Program-made: the position numbers and the translations under genes
Notes under the pieces: model-generated
The model's input: only the letters and a program-made list of their open reading frames with translations
Databases searched by the model: none
Told to the model about the DNA's origin: nothing
Shown here: positions 46,556 through 56,309 of the stretch, one piece after another
Layout: each line of letters starts with the position of its first letter
Numbering within the stretch: the stretch's first letter is position 1
DNA from: a virus
DNA length: 64,000 bases
Strand: one strand, 5' to 3'
Virus record (IMG/VR): IMGVR_UViG_3300046010_009647
Location: 1 to 64,000 of that record

Positions 46556-48302
46556 AACTCATCTCCTTTTGTAGAGCTTCTAATGTTCGATACAGATATG
46601 GAGTTAAGTCCAATCTTGGGTCCGCAGCCATCGGAAGATCCGGTGCTTGCGGGTGGGGAGTCTGCATCATTCCCCCCACTAACCTGGCAAATGCAGAGTA
46701 TGCACCCTGTAATTCATTCACCATCCTGAATGGGAACCCAGATAACATCTCGGCCCGCTCCTCATCCGTCTTAGACGGGAAGAGGTACTTCAATGCTTCA
46801 ATGCTATCAACACCTAATTCTTGTAGGTTTCTTACAACAATTGAGTTGTTGAGAATATCTTGGGTAGAGTCCTCATAAACAGGGCCTAACCAACGCCATA
46901 GAACGGTGACATCTCCATCGGGAATAAGACCCATGACTCCTGGCGGAATCATCTGAGTCTCGATACAAGCCATCATAATCTTTTTGAGCTTGTCGTTATA
47001 CATTTGCATCGCTTGCTTATATGCTTCTTCTTCTTCCGGTGGGGCACCAGGGGCAAGTGACACAGGCTTCTCAAGTCCTGCTGCAGCAGCAAGAGTTGAC
47101 TTAAACAATTGCTCTTCCTGGTAAATAATTAATTCCAGACAACGACAAAGACCATGAGTGTAAATGGCATTTGCTTTTTTCTTCGACGTTGCAGATACAC
47201 GTCCAAACAACGACTTGTACTCTGTTGCTGTTACACCAGCAGAAATAGATAGTTCATCCACGCCGCCAAGGGCAGTACGGATCTCTTCTCGATACTGACG
47301 AGCAAATGCGTTTTGGTCACCAGTAATTGCATCTGGAACAATATAACCAACACGGTCGTTTGGCTCCAGGTTTGCAATAACGCGTGGAACACGGATCTGA
47401 CCATCAATACCACGGCTGACAGGGTCAGCCTTAAACATCGAACGGCTTAACGGAGAAGGACTTGTAAAGCCTGAGTTAGCAGCAATAGAGGGACGTTGTA
47501 CTGTAACATCGCCTCCAGCCTCCATAAGGTCTGTCTTGGGGCGAGACGACAACAGTGTTGGGTTACCAAAGAAGGTGATGTTTTTGCGCATGGTGCGCAT
47601 CAAATCATCATGCGTACAAATATGATTGGCCATTGCATCGAATTCACCGATGCCTTCTGTCGAAAATCCTTGTGGATTATTAAGAATTTCAACGCAAGGA
47701 ATAAAGCCAAGACTATTGGTTAACTGTTTTGTATTTCCTGTCAACGCATAGGTTGGCATATCAAAGTTCATCTCCGAATCGGAGTGAGTTTCTTCAATCT
47801 CAGTTGTTTTGATTGAAAGGCGAATATAGCGCTTAGCTCCAGGGCTATATGTGCTTTGATTCCCGGTCAGGTTTGTTGTATTAATATTCTCGCCAAAGCC
47901 ATTACCACGGCGCACCTTATAGCTGTAGATGATTACAACTTCATCCAGCTCGCCATCAACGTTGTAATAAGCACGATATTCGTGCTCACGAAAATAGTAG
48001 AGACGGTAATTATTTTTGGTTGGACGAATGTAAAAAAGACCTTTGCCATCACAGAGGAAATACTCCCAGATTGAATCCAGGCGCGTATCCATCTTGTTGT
48101 ACTTCATCACGCGATCAAGGAAATCCTTGCGCTGTGCACCGAAGTTGTCTTGAGATGGAAAGAATTCTACCCCTTGGCGAATGCCAAAGAGTTTCATCTG
48201 AGCAATATGAGACGCAACGATGCCCGTATCAACAACAATATTGCTGTCCTTATCCAGGTAAGCGTTGATGATTTCTTGTAAACGGGCCTTAGCGTCAGCC
48301 AT
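46032..48302 (-). CDS. putative portal protein (C-terminal tail overlaps the scaffold gene)
   Basis: Size and position between TerL and scaffold/MCP; GFIPCVEI.N.P...G.GE. Confidence 0.7.
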   Translation of the reverse strand: MADAKARLQEIINAYLDKDSNIVVDTGIVASHIAQMKLFGIRQGVEFFPSQDNFGAQRKDFLDRVMKYNKMDTRLDSIWEYFLCDGKGLFYIRPTKNNYRLYYFREHEYRAYYNVDGELDEVVIIYSYKVRRGNGFGENINTTNLTGNQSTYSPGAKRYIRLSIKTTEIEETHSDSEMNFDMPTYALTGNTKQLTNSLGFIPCVEILNNPQGFSTEGIGEFDAMANHICTHDDLMRTMRKNITFFGNPTLLSSRPKTDLMEAGGDVTVQRPSIAANSGFTSPSPLSRSMFKADPVSRGIDGQIRVPRVIANLEPNDRVGYIVPDAITGDQNAFARQYREEIRTALGGVDELSISAGVTATEYKSLFGRVSATSKKKANAIYTHGLCRCLELIIYQEEQLFKSTLAAAAGLEKPVSLAPGAPPEEEEAYKQAMQMYNDKLKKIMMACIETQMIPPGVMGLIPDGDVTVLWRWLGPVYEDSTQDILNNSIVVRNLQELGVDSIEALKYLFPSKTDEERAEMLSGFPFRMVNELQGAYSAFARLVGGMMQTPHPQAPDLPMAADPRLDLTPYLYRTLEALQKEMSYAGRYRPIDPTDEPDSGSGGSQQLRGAQLPGSTSSPGSSGSSGPVSGGYELPPSGTSGGPQLPIRPVSVRPPIPIGESGQPMGIGVQQGGEPAERTSSIPVPGSTISSDDTVRPGQLRPASAPSYATIGSADLASQPDILAQLFPNLLGSILGGRSGPAPVESRNPPRGKRVRR

Positions 48303-48336
48303 TATTCACCTTGTTCTTTAATTAAATACTAGCAGC

Positions 48337-48696
48337 TCAGGAGACGTACTTAGCATCAAAGCTAGAAGGAACATCAGCCTGTCTACCCAATGGATTTTGT
48401 CTGTTGTAATCACGAATATATTGACGAAAATCACCACGATTTGGGAACATGTTTTTAAAACGTAGCTCCTCTACTTCATTGAGGAATTGTCCTTGTGTCA
48501 TGGGAAGACGAGGGTCTTGTCCCACAGGAATACCCTGGGAGAGCAACTGGACATCCATACCACCACCCTGATAAGGTAACGGCATCATTTGACCAAATCC
48601 GCCACGATAGACGAGATCACTTACTGCACTTCCGTTGCCTGGCATTCCAGGAACTCCATATCCGCCATCTGTTCTAATCATTGCATGCCACCTCAA
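48337..48696 (-). CDS. hypothetical protein
   Basis: Track ORF in the operon. Confidence 0.5.
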   Translation of the reverse strand: MRWHAMIRTDGGYGVPGMPGNGSAVSDLVYRGGFGQMMPLPYQGGGMDVQLLSQGIPVGQDPRLPMTQGQFLNEVEELRFKNMFPNRGDFRQYIRDYNRQNPLGRQADVPSSFDAKYVS

Positions 48697-48706
48697 TCCG
48701 TTTATT

Positions 48707-48889
48707 CTACTCTTCTATAACCTCGTAACCAGCAGCGTCATTAACCTTGGAAATGATAATACCAGTACCACGAACATCCCAATTAAGTACGTCACCTTCT
48801 TGCCAGCCCAGCTCTTCCGTCACCTCATCGGGAAGTACAATGTAAGGCTCTCCGTTCTCGTCCTCCTGGACTTCAAGGATGTAGCTCAT
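48707..48889 (-). CDS. AbrB/MazE-like DNA-binding protein
   Basis: I.LP.E..E.LGW.EGD.L.W. Confidence 0.75.
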   Translation of the reverse strand: MSYILEVQEDENGEPYIVLPDEVTEELGWQEGDVLNWDVRGTGIIISKVNDAAGYEVIEE

Positions 48890-49188
48890 TTTGACTCAAG
48901 TAATTTCTCAACTAGCTTATCAAGCTTTGCGTTGATCTGATTGAAGTTGTCATGCATCTGCTGGATTTCTCTCAGGAAGTCTACCTTGAGAACGTACTCC
49001 AAAGGCATACGTTTTAAATCGTCTTCCAAGACGTCAATCCTTCGTTTTTGCGAACCAATGTAATTAAAAGCTTGTTGAATCTGGTCGTTTTGCCTGCCAA
49101 GGATTTTACCTGCGACCCAACTGCCACCGGTAATGGCTGATACAACGGCCGTCAAACCGATAGCAATGTACTCAGGTCCCACGACCAA
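48886..49188 (-). CDS. TM plus coiled-coil protein (holin-like)
   Basis: N-terminal TM; YV.K.DF...I..KLDKL. Confidence 0.6.
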   Translation of the reverse strand: MVVGPEYIAIGLTAVVSAITGGSWVAGKILGRQNDQIQQAFNYIGSQKRRIDVLEDDLKRMPLEYVLKVDFLREIQQMHDNFNQINAKLDKLVEKLLESK

Positions 49189-49214
49189 ATTTCGCTTTTT
49201 TCTAATTCTAATGT

Positions 49215-50741
49215 TTAGTAATCAAGTTGCAATTTACCTTTGCGCATAAGACCATTAATCATCCAGACAAGGGCATCAACGCAGTCGTCATGGCTACTAA
49301 CGCCAAAGTTAGTCAGCTCTTCAAACATAGCGGTAAAGTTGCGATATCGATTGAAGATGATCTTACGGTCCTCAAAAAGACCCATGCAACCACGGAAGCG
49401 TGCCAATTTATCAGCACGGAATCCTTTGACGGGATGCCAATTTAAGTTGTAAAGACTCTCGTTATTTAGGCATACACGTTTGAAGTCAGCTTCCAGGGAA
49501 GCCTGGTACTGTACAGCTTCTGAATAGATGTCACACGTGGAGTAAGTCGGAAAGTAATTACCGTTTTCATCTCGACCAAGTACCGACCAATCATTAAGCA
49601 GTTCTTTGAGGGCATCTAGTTTTTCTAGGTTGCCCATCACGCGTAAACGACGGTAGTCAATAACGTGAATCTGGTCGCCAATGCGTCCACCAAGAACCAT
49701 CACAGTGTAATCATTCTTCTCTTTGGTACCAGCGGATAAATCAACGCCAATAGCAAGCGTATCAAACTCTGTAGAGATCTCGGCTTTAACAATTAGCTCA
49801 GGCGCAAGCGATAGTTCGTTTTGCCTGATGACTTGATTCATGTACTGGAAAGAGAAAGCAATTGGCGCTTGCCGTTTCTTTTCCTTAAGGTAATCCAGTG
49901 ACCACATATCAGGCCAATAAGATCGTTCATCCCCTGTTTTAGGATCGTTAAGGATTGCAGAAAGAACAATTTGTAACCAGTTGTTTTGCGTGTTGAATGT
50001 TGTTGCATGAATGTCATCATGTCGAAAGCGCGTACCAAGGCAGATTGCCCTAGCTCCTTCAAACATGGTGGGTGCGATCACAGCATTCCAGTTATCCTGC
50101 ATCTGCTTACGAATGTCAGGGTTAGAAATGTCTGCTGCTGATTTGATGGCGTCATCGATGATGACCAAGTGTGAACGCTTGGAGGTCACTGAGCCCTTAA
50201 GACCTGCTGCACAAAGCGTAAATTGTTCTTCACCTGTGGTGTCGATACCAGCAAACTTGTGATCAATAGACCAGTACTCATTACTGGTGACGTTCTTTAA
50301 AAGACGGACCGTTGGAAAAACTTCTTGGTAGCGTTTGCTTTCAATGATACGTTTGATGGTTGCTGACTTGGAACGCGCAATATCAACCGTGTAAGACAAA
50401 TAGAGGATCTGTAGCGGCTTCTTGGCTTGTGTATGGATACCAATGGCCCAAGCTGTAAACAAACCAAGGACCGTACTCTTGGCTGATCCCCTAGGCGCCA
50501 GGAGATCAACGTTTGGTCCTGCAATCTTTAAGAGGCAACTGCTGTCTTCACCTGTCACAAAGTGACGATGCCATTCTTTGTGATGATGAGCCGGAGGTTT
50601 ATCTGCTACATACTCACAGAAAAAACCAAAATCTTCCCTTGCTTTCTCCAGGGATTCAAGATTTCGGGGAACACGAATTTGCTGTCTGCGTGCCGCAGCT
50701 TGTGCATTACGTCGATACGCAAGATGTTGATACGCAGGCAC
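49215..50741 (-). CDS. terL: terminase large subunit
   Basis: APRGSAKST Walker A; IIDD Walker B; GTRF..DD; GVDLS; HDD.VDA. Confidence 0.92.
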   Translation of the reverse strand: MPAYQHLAYRRNAQAAARRQQIRVPRNLESLEKAREDFGFFCEYVADKPPAHHHKEWHRHFVTGEDSSCLLKIAGPNVDLLAPRGSAKSTVLGLFTAWAIGIHTQAKKPLQILYLSYTVDIARSKSATIKRIIESKRYQEVFPTVRLLKNVTSNEYWSIDHKFAGIDTTGEEQFTLCAAGLKGSVTSKRSHLVIIDDAIKSAADISNPDIRKQMQDNWNAVIAPTMFEGARAICLGTRFRHDDIHATTFNTQNNWLQIVLSAILNDPKTGDERSYWPDMWSLDYLKEKKRQAPIAFSFQYMNQVIRQNELSLAPELIVKAEISTEFDTLAIGVDLSAGTKEKNDYTVMVLGGRIGDQIHVIDYRRLRVMGNLEKLDALKELLNDWSVLGRDENGNYFPTYSTCDIYSEAVQYQASLEADFKRVCLNNESLYNLNWHPVKGFRADKLARFRGCMGLFEDRKIIFNRYRNFTAMFEELTNFGVSSHDDCVDALVWMINGLMRKGKLQLDY

Positions 50742-50771
50742 AGTAAGTATTGTTCAGTGTATTACTGAATA

Positions 50772-51131
50772 CTACCTCATTTGCCGTCTTCGTTGCTCTT
50801 CTTCTGTTCTTTGTACTTGCGAGCTTTGTCCAGGGCGGCCTTGCGCTTCTCCTTGTCCGACATCTCGCTGCCGTCCTCGTTCTTGGCCTCTTTCTTCTTG
50901 AAATGTTCCAGGAGTTCTGGAGGCATTTTGTTCTTGCTCATTTTGCTTATTATTACGGATAGCGTTTAAAACTTCAGCACCTTCAGATGCAGGGGATTCA
51001 CCACCAACGGGTGCTCCTTGTAAACGACGAATCCCGCCAAAGCGATTTTTCTGAAGCTGCTGAACAACGTTCATTAAACCACCAGCGAGGTTGGCGTCGG
51101 GAGCAGCTTGGGCTTGTGGTGCTGGGTTCAT
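50772..51131 (-). CDS. Gln-rich hypothetical protein
   Basis: ATG after a TAAAAT motif. Confidence 0.5.
   Translation of the reverse strand: MNPAPQAQAAPDANLAGGLMNVVQQLQKNRFGGIRRLQGAPVGGESPASEGAEVLNAIRNNKQNEQEQNASRTPGTFQEERGQERGRQRDVGQGEAQGRPGQSSQVQRTEEEQRRRQMR
50777..50941 (-). CDS. 54-aa basic protein nested in an alternative frame (not in track)
   Basis: MSKNKMPPELLEHFKKKEAK...RKAALDKARKYKEQKK...GK*. Confidence 0.55.
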   Translation of the reverse strand: MSKNKMPPELLEHFKKKEAKNEDGSEMSDKEKRKAALDKARKYKEQKKSNEDGK

Positions 51132-51146
51132 GAGTTTTATTTTAAA

Positions 51147-51773
51147 TCAACTTTCCTCATACTGCATCTTTGCCCAGATGCTCATCGAGGCTTCTTCCAA
51201 GGGAATCTCAATGGGATCATCTTTGAAGATCACCATTAATTCACGAATGGCGCGGTCAGCACCAGCCATCAATAAACCTTTACGATCTCGACTAGAAGTA
51301 AATTGCTCAATCTGAGCAATCGTACCGCGTAATTCTTTTTGCATACCAGCGATGCGTGCAACGCCTGCATCACGTTTTACGACACCATTATCTACGTCGT
51401 CACGTAATTTACGGATATCTTCTTGCATCTCCTCAATTTCATAGAGGAGTTTCCTACGGTGATCCGGTTTAGGGTAGTGGCTTTTAACCCACTGCTCACA
51501 TGGAACAATACTTCCTTTGTAACCAAGAAACCTGGCGTATAGGTAGCACTCGATTATCGAAAAAGTTTCTTCAGCAAAACTAACGAAAGCGTCTTGTTCA
51601 GCAGAGTCGATATTATCAACCCACTGATCAAACAGCTCAATATCGATAAGCTCGTTGCGCCTGGTTGTAGTCGCGGGTTTCGTCAGCTTGCTTGAACTCC
51701 TGTCCTTGAGAAGCGGAAGTTCGTTGTTCTTCTGCGCCTTTACCGATGGTTTCACGTTCTTGGGTTCCGGCAT
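51147..51773 (-). CDS. helical protein, terminase small subunit candidate
   Basis: Helical, close upstream of TerL; start uncertain. Confidence 0.45.
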   Translation of the reverse strand: MPEPKNVKPSVKAQKNNELPLLKDRSSSKLTKPATTTRRNELIDIELFDQWVDNIDSAEQDAFVSFAEETFSIIECYLYARFLGYKGSIVPCEQWVKSHYPKPDHRRKLLYEIEEMQEDIRKLRDDVDNGVVKRDAGVARIAGMQKELRGTIAQIEQFTSSRDRKGLLMAGADRAIRELMVIFKDDPIEIPLEEASMSIWAKMQYEES

Positions 51774-51885
51774 CTTCTAATTTCTTCTTAGAGAAACTAT
51801 AAGCCACTTCCGCAGCTTGCTTATATTTATCTAGATCAAACCAGTCATCGGCTTCGGTTTGACCTGCAGGCACGCTACTGGTCAT
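51637..51885 (-). CDS. small virion-type protein, paralog 2
   Basis: MTSSVPAGQTEADDWFDLDK; AGGAG RBS. Confidence 0.7.
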   Translation of the reverse strand: MTSSVPAGQTEADDWFDLDKYKQAAEVAYSFSKKKLEDAGTQERETIGKGAEEQRTSASQGQEFKQADETRDYNQAQRAYRY

Positions 51886-51906
51886 GACTCATTTCTCCTT
51901 AAGTGA

Positions 51907-52086
51907 TCAGAAGTTGCTCATCATGCTGGCAAGGCCCTGAGCAAAGATGTTGCGACGACCTTCCGTCGATTCTTGACGCTTTTGACGACCTTTAGAACCT
52001 TCTAGCTTATCAAGAAGTTGTTGAAACTTATCGATATCAAAGTAGTCGTCGGCAGAAGACTGCCCAGCGGGAACAGAAGAAGTCAT
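51907..52086 (-). CDS. small virion-type protein, paralog 1 (59 aa; not in track)
   Basis: MTSSVPAGQSSADDYFDIDK...MMSNF*. Confidence 0.7.
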   Translation of the reverse strand: MTSSVPAGQSSADDYFDIDKFQQLLDKLEGSKGRQKRQESTEGRRNIFAQGLASMMSNF

Positions 52087-52124
52087 TGTAATAACGCTTG
52101 GTTATGTATCTATTTTAAACAGTA

Positions 52125-52811
52125 TTAACCAAAGACTGAACCAATTAAACCATACATGGAGCCAGCTAACTGCATTTTGCCAATACTTTTATCTGCTGAT
52201 GTCCTTTGCTTCATGGATTCCAGACTGTACTTACCTGTTGTTTCGGCGACATCACGAGAAGCCTGGGCCTCAATACCTGCAACTTTTTCAAGCCCCGCAT
52301 TGATAATTGGCTGTAGATCCAGCTTGCCTTTAACTTCAATGTTGGCAACTGCCTGGCGCCATTCAGATTCTTTATCTGCGCCGTATTTAACACCTTCTAA
52401 ACCAAGGCTTGCTGCATATTTCTGTGCATCAGAGTAGGCACGGGCAACTTCTTTATCGGCATCAGCGCGAATACCAGCGGAACTAACTTGTGCGTTAGCG
52501 CCGATCTGCGCAGCGTTTTGAGACCATTGACCTTGGATGTTAGCAAGATTTTCTTGACCTGTTTGAAGGGTTTGAAAAATACCTGCATAGTCAGAAGCAC
52601 TAAGAGGATTTGTTGCAGCAGGATTAAAATCGCTAGGGGTATTGTTACTTTCTCTAGTAGGTTTTCCTATCCATGTATCCCTACCTTGGGAATACGATTT
52701 AATGTCGCCGTAATTAACGTTGTTATACTGCCTTGCAATTTGTTTGGCTTCTTGACGACTTACACCACCATCGGATGATGCAGCTTTTTTAACATCTTGC
52801 TTCCAGCCCAT
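52125..52811 (-). CDS. internal/ejection-type virion protein
   Basis: Ala/Gln-rich helical sequence. Confidence 0.6.
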   Translation of the reverse strand: MGWKQDVKKAASSDGGVSRQEAKQIARQYNNVNYGDIKSYSQGRDTWIGKPTRESNNTPSDFNPAATNPLSASDYAGIFQTLQTGQENLANIQGQWSQNAAQIGANAQVSSAGIRADADKEVARAYSDAQKYAASLGLEGVKYGADKESEWRQAVANIEVKGKLDLQPIINAGLEKVAGIEAQASRDVAETTGKYSLESMKQRTSADKSIGKMQLAGSMYGLIGSVFG

Positions 52812-52813
52812 TG

Positions 52814-53497
52814 TTACGCTCCGTATTGATAGTTAATCGCCTGTACAGGAGAAGGACCCGCAGCTTTTGCAATAGTAGGATAACGATTGGTTAAACGTCC
52901 AGTTGCATCACGTTCTGGTGTTCCAAAGATGTTAGAAAGCATCTCTTGTTGAGGAGTCATCACTTTGCCAGATGAAATCAGATCTCTTTTCAACATGTCC
53001 GCAAATGCCTGAGGACTGCGGATGCCTAAGCTCTCAGCAGTCTTTCCGAATCCACTATATTCATCAGCGGTGTAACCAATACCCTGCTGACCATAAACAG
53101 ATTCTGCAAGATTACGGTAAGAAGGACTTGCATAGTCAACTTCTTTTTTGTAGCTTCTTGCGAGGCTTTTTTCAATAAATTCAGGATTAGAGAAACGATC
53201 GCGGTAAGCTTCTAAAAAGGCTTCAGCACCTCCTCGATTACCACCTTTTACAAGGCTTTTAAACTGCGATTTAATCGCTCTACGGCGTTGCGGAGAAGCC
53301 CTGACTTGATCAAGACCATAAGCGTTGAGCTTCTCCTGAAGAGGCGTCATTTGATACGCAGCAGGACCGCCTCCACTGACAGCACCACCAATGCCGCCAA
53401 GAAGACCACCAGCAACAGCACCAATCGGTCCAAAAACAGATCCTGCTGCTGCGCCGCTTACCCCTCCTCCAAGTAAACCTCCGATATCAAACGCCAT
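52814..53497 (-). CDS. internal virion protein with a glycine-zipper N-terminus
   Basis: GGLLGG...GAVAGGLLGG. Confidence 0.6.
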   Translation of the reverse strand: MAFDIGGLLGGGVSGAAAGSVFGPIGAVAGGLLGGIGGAVSGGGPAAYQMTPLQEKLNAYGLDQVRASPQRRRAIKSQFKSLVKGGNRGGAEAFLEAYRDRFSNPEFIEKSLARSYKKEVDYASPSYRNLAESVYGQQGIGYTADEYSGFGKTAESLGIRSPQAFADMLKRDLISSGKVMTPQQEMLSNIFGTPERDATGRLTNRYPTIAKAAGPSPVQAINYQYGA

Positions 53498-53544
53498 TTG
53501 GGGATACGACCTTATCTAATGACTTTATTTTAACTGTAAGGAAT

Positions 53545-53988
53545 CTAAGCAACAAAGGAAGAGTAACGCCCAGCAAGACCAGGGTTTCTAATGCCTTGAA
53601 GCATTTGAGCCTGACGATAGTTTGGATCATTAACAGAAAATTTAGCTGCCCAACGAGGAGCATCTTTCTGTTCAAAAATATCTTTGTTCTGTGCAAAAAG
53701 ATTTGTACCAAAGTCAAGATCACGCATAATGCCGCCAAGCTGCTGCATCTGTTGGAAGGACTGATTGGTATTACTTGTGCCCATCATGCCAAGGCCAAGG
53801 TTGGCCAAGCCAAGAAGACCAGCCGCTTGTCCCATACCACCGCCAGCGCCGCCATAACTAGGAGCGGAACCACCAAAACCACCGACATTTAAAGACGCGC
53901 CACCAAAGGGATTGGAAGCTAACGAATCCCCAATTCCACCGAACGCACCGGCTGAATCAACGCCAAAGACAGGATTTGTAAAAGACAT
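53545..53988 (-). CDS. Gly-rich internal virion protein
   Basis: Operon ORF. Confidence 0.6.
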   Translation of the reverse strand: MSFTNPVFGVDSAGAFGGIGDSLASNPFGGASLNVGGFGGSAPSYGGAGGGMGQAAGLLGLANLGLGMMGTSNTNQSFQQMQQLGGIMRDLDFGTNLFAQNKDIFEQKDAPRWAAKFSVNDPNYRQAQMLQGIRNPGLAGRYSSFVA

Positions 53989-53993
53989 TTTAT

Positions 53994-54473
53994 TTAGAGG
54001 TTTCCAATGTACTGCCTTTGGGTAAAGGGATTCGCCGCAGTGCGTTGAGACCCTTGTTTAATCATATCGACCATAGGCCCAGAGAAGCGGTACTTCTCTG
54101 ACATAGCCTCCTGCCACTTATTAGGAAGATTAAGCAAGCCAGCAAAGATATTTGATTCCATACCAAGACGCTGCTTTTCGCGTGCAACATCTTTCATGTA
54201 AGGGCCAAGGACTTCGAGTTGTTCACGAAGGCGTTGAGGATCGTTTTCACGTTGACGATTCATTTCACCCCAATAGATCAAGGGGCCATACTCCTCACCA
54301 AAAGCCTCTTTAAACTGTTTTACACCCTCTGGATCGATGTTGTAACGACCAGCTAAATTAGGCTGTGTAGCTTGATTACCAAAGCCCTGTACATTTAATT
54401 GGCCGCCATAGTTGGTATACAGCGAGGGAGTACTAGCTTGTCCTAGGCCAAAGATATTTGGGGCCATGATCAA
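53994..54473 (-). CDS. hypothetical virion protein
   Basis: Operon ORF. Confidence 0.6.
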   Translation of the reverse strand: MIMAPNIFGLGQASTPSLYTNYGGQLNVQGFGNQATQPNLAGRYNIDPEGVKQFKEAFGEEYGPLIYWGEMNRQRENDPQRLREQLEVLGPYMKDVAREKQRLGMESNIFAGLLNLPNKWQEAMSEKYRFSGPMVDMIKQGSQRTAANPFTQRQYIGNL

Positions 54474-55375
54474 CCAAAGCTAATTTGAGGAGCTTGCAGG
54501 GTGGAGCCTGCGTAAGGGTTGGCAGTTAACGCAGTACGTAGGTTGGCACCCGCTTGTTGCTGCGCACCAGTAGCAAGTTGACCAGCAGTTGAAATGGTGC
54601 CAAGCATTGCATAATTCTGACCCTGCGTATTGATCAAAGCTTGTTGACGGGCAAGTTGCTCATTCAAGCGTTGACGAAGAATAGGATCAATCCGCTTTTC
54701 AGATTGAATCATCATATCTACATCGTTTTGACGCAGATCTTGAACGGCTTGCAGAGTGGGCTGGAGATATGCACCACCATACTGCTGTGCAATCTGCGCC
54801 TGAACTTCTGCATCCTTCATCGCTTCTGCGCGTTCTTTCGCACGTTGTCCACGAGAAGCAGAAGAACCACCCTCCCTGCCAGCAATTTCTTCACCGGTTG
54901 CTTCAGCTTTTGCTTTTTCTGCCATGCCACCAAGACCTTGGGCCACAGCAGGAGCAAGTAAGCCGCCAGCTAAACCAATCGCAGCACCGGGGAGGCCGCC
55001 AACGCGAGCACCAAGGGCAGCTGCACCTAAGGCTGTTGGAATACCTACGCCAGCAGTGATGCCTGCTTCCAAGGTGCGTCCTTCTTGTGCTGAACCTACG
55101 GCGCTAAGAATAGAAGGGGCAGCAGCCAAGGCACCGCCTAGCAGTTGACCACGAGGAAATAATGCACCGGCTTGTTGCATAGCTTGAGCGCCTCTTTGCC
55201 CGCCTACGCCAAACATATTTCCAACATTCTGTGCTTGACGTTGCCCGTAAGCAGCAAACGAAGCTCTTGGATCTCGAGCGTAACCTTGAGCTGCGGTTAA
55301 GAGGTCATAAGGAACAATGGCACCGCCCTGTGCAATACGCTCAGAGGGACCGCCAGTAGAGCTGTAAGTCGCCAT
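54470..55375 (-). CDS. ejection-type protein (glycine zipper plus coiled coil)
   Basis: Composition and position. Confidence 0.6.
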   Translation of the reverse strand: MATYSSTGGPSERIAQGGAIVPYDLLTAAQGYARDPRASFAAYGQRQAQNVGNMFGVGGQRGAQAMQQAGALFPRGQLLGGALAAAPSILSAVGSAQEGRTLEAGITAGVGIPTALGAAALGARVGGLPGAAIGLAGGLLAPAVAQGLGGMAEKAKAEATGEEIAGREGGSSASRGQRAKERAEAMKDAEVQAQIAQQYGGAYLQPTLQAVQDLRQNDVDMMIQSEKRIDPILRQRLNEQLARQQALINTQGQNYAMLGTISTAGQLATGAQQQAGANLRTALTANPYAGSTLQAPQISFG

Positions 55376-55411
55376 TAATTTATTGAATGTCTTTTATTTA
55401 AATAAATTCTA

Positions 55412-56308
55412 TCACTGCACGCCTTGTGTATATGCAGTGTATTCATTAGTTGTAGGAAGCGTTGGCCGATTACCCGCAGCAATTGCCTCATTAACAACAT
55501 TTCCTGTTAGTACACCGCCAAGGGATCCTGCAAGGCCCGCAACCACGGCTTTTGCAGCTCTACCTTTACCTGTAGCGGCACGAGCCGCAGCACCTCCTGC
55601 AATGGCACCACCAGCAATACCAAGGGCAGATGGAATCGTAACTGGGTAGCCCAGAAGACGAGCCTCTGGATAACCCTGTAAATTCTCAGGAGTTGCCTTA
55701 AGCACGCCAAGCATACCTTTGTCTTGGTAGTGACTCCTCAAGAAATTACCGTAACGTTCAGGGGTAAGATCTGGAATATCTTTTTTCGCTTCTTCGTAAG
55801 CAAGGGGTCTCCCTGTACGCCCAAGGAAGAAGCGTTCAAATAACTCAGGAACCGGTTGACTTGTTTGACGGCGATCTTCTGATCCTTCCTCTGCATAGGA
55901 TTGCGCAAAACCCTTGGGCCTGAACAGCTCACCAACATTGGTAATGTCATAGGCGCCAGATACAGCAATAGCAGGTGCAACAGCAGCTGCCATTACAAGA
56001 CCAGTACCAAGTACACCCATTTCCTTAGATGCTTCTTTACCGATTGCAACACGAGCTGCTTTATCAGCTAAAGCGTTGGGATGATTGAATGCCCACCAAA
56101 CAGCCCTGGTGCCATCGGTAACAATATCTGTGAGCAGACGTGCTGAATAAGCGCCAAGAAACTCTTGAGGTTTTTGACGAAGAGTAATACCTTCCTGTTG
56201 TAGTTCTTGTTTAAATTGAGGACCAAAGACTGTTACACGTTGATTTGGGCGTTTATCAATTAAACGCAATCCAGTTTTAGCGCCTGAAACAAAAGGAATG
56301 TCAGCCAT
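55412..56308 (-). CDS. internal virion protein with hydrophobic segments
   Basis: Composition and position. Confidence 0.6.
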   Translation of the reverse strand: MADIPFVSGAKTGLRLIDKRPNQRVTVFGPQFKQELQQEGITLRQKPQEFLGAYSARLLTDIVTDGTRAVWWAFNHPNALADKAARVAIGKEASKEMGVLGTGLVMAAAVAPAIAVSGAYDITNVGELFRPKGFAQSYAEEGSEDRRQTSQPVPELFERFFLGRTGRPLAYEEAKKDIPDLTPERYGNFLRSHYQDKGMLGVLKATPENLQGYPEARLLGYPVTIPSALGIAGGAIAGGAAARAATGKGRAAKAVVAGLAGSLGGVLTGNVVNEAIAAGNRPTLPTTNEYTAYTQGVQ

Positions 56309-56309
56309 G

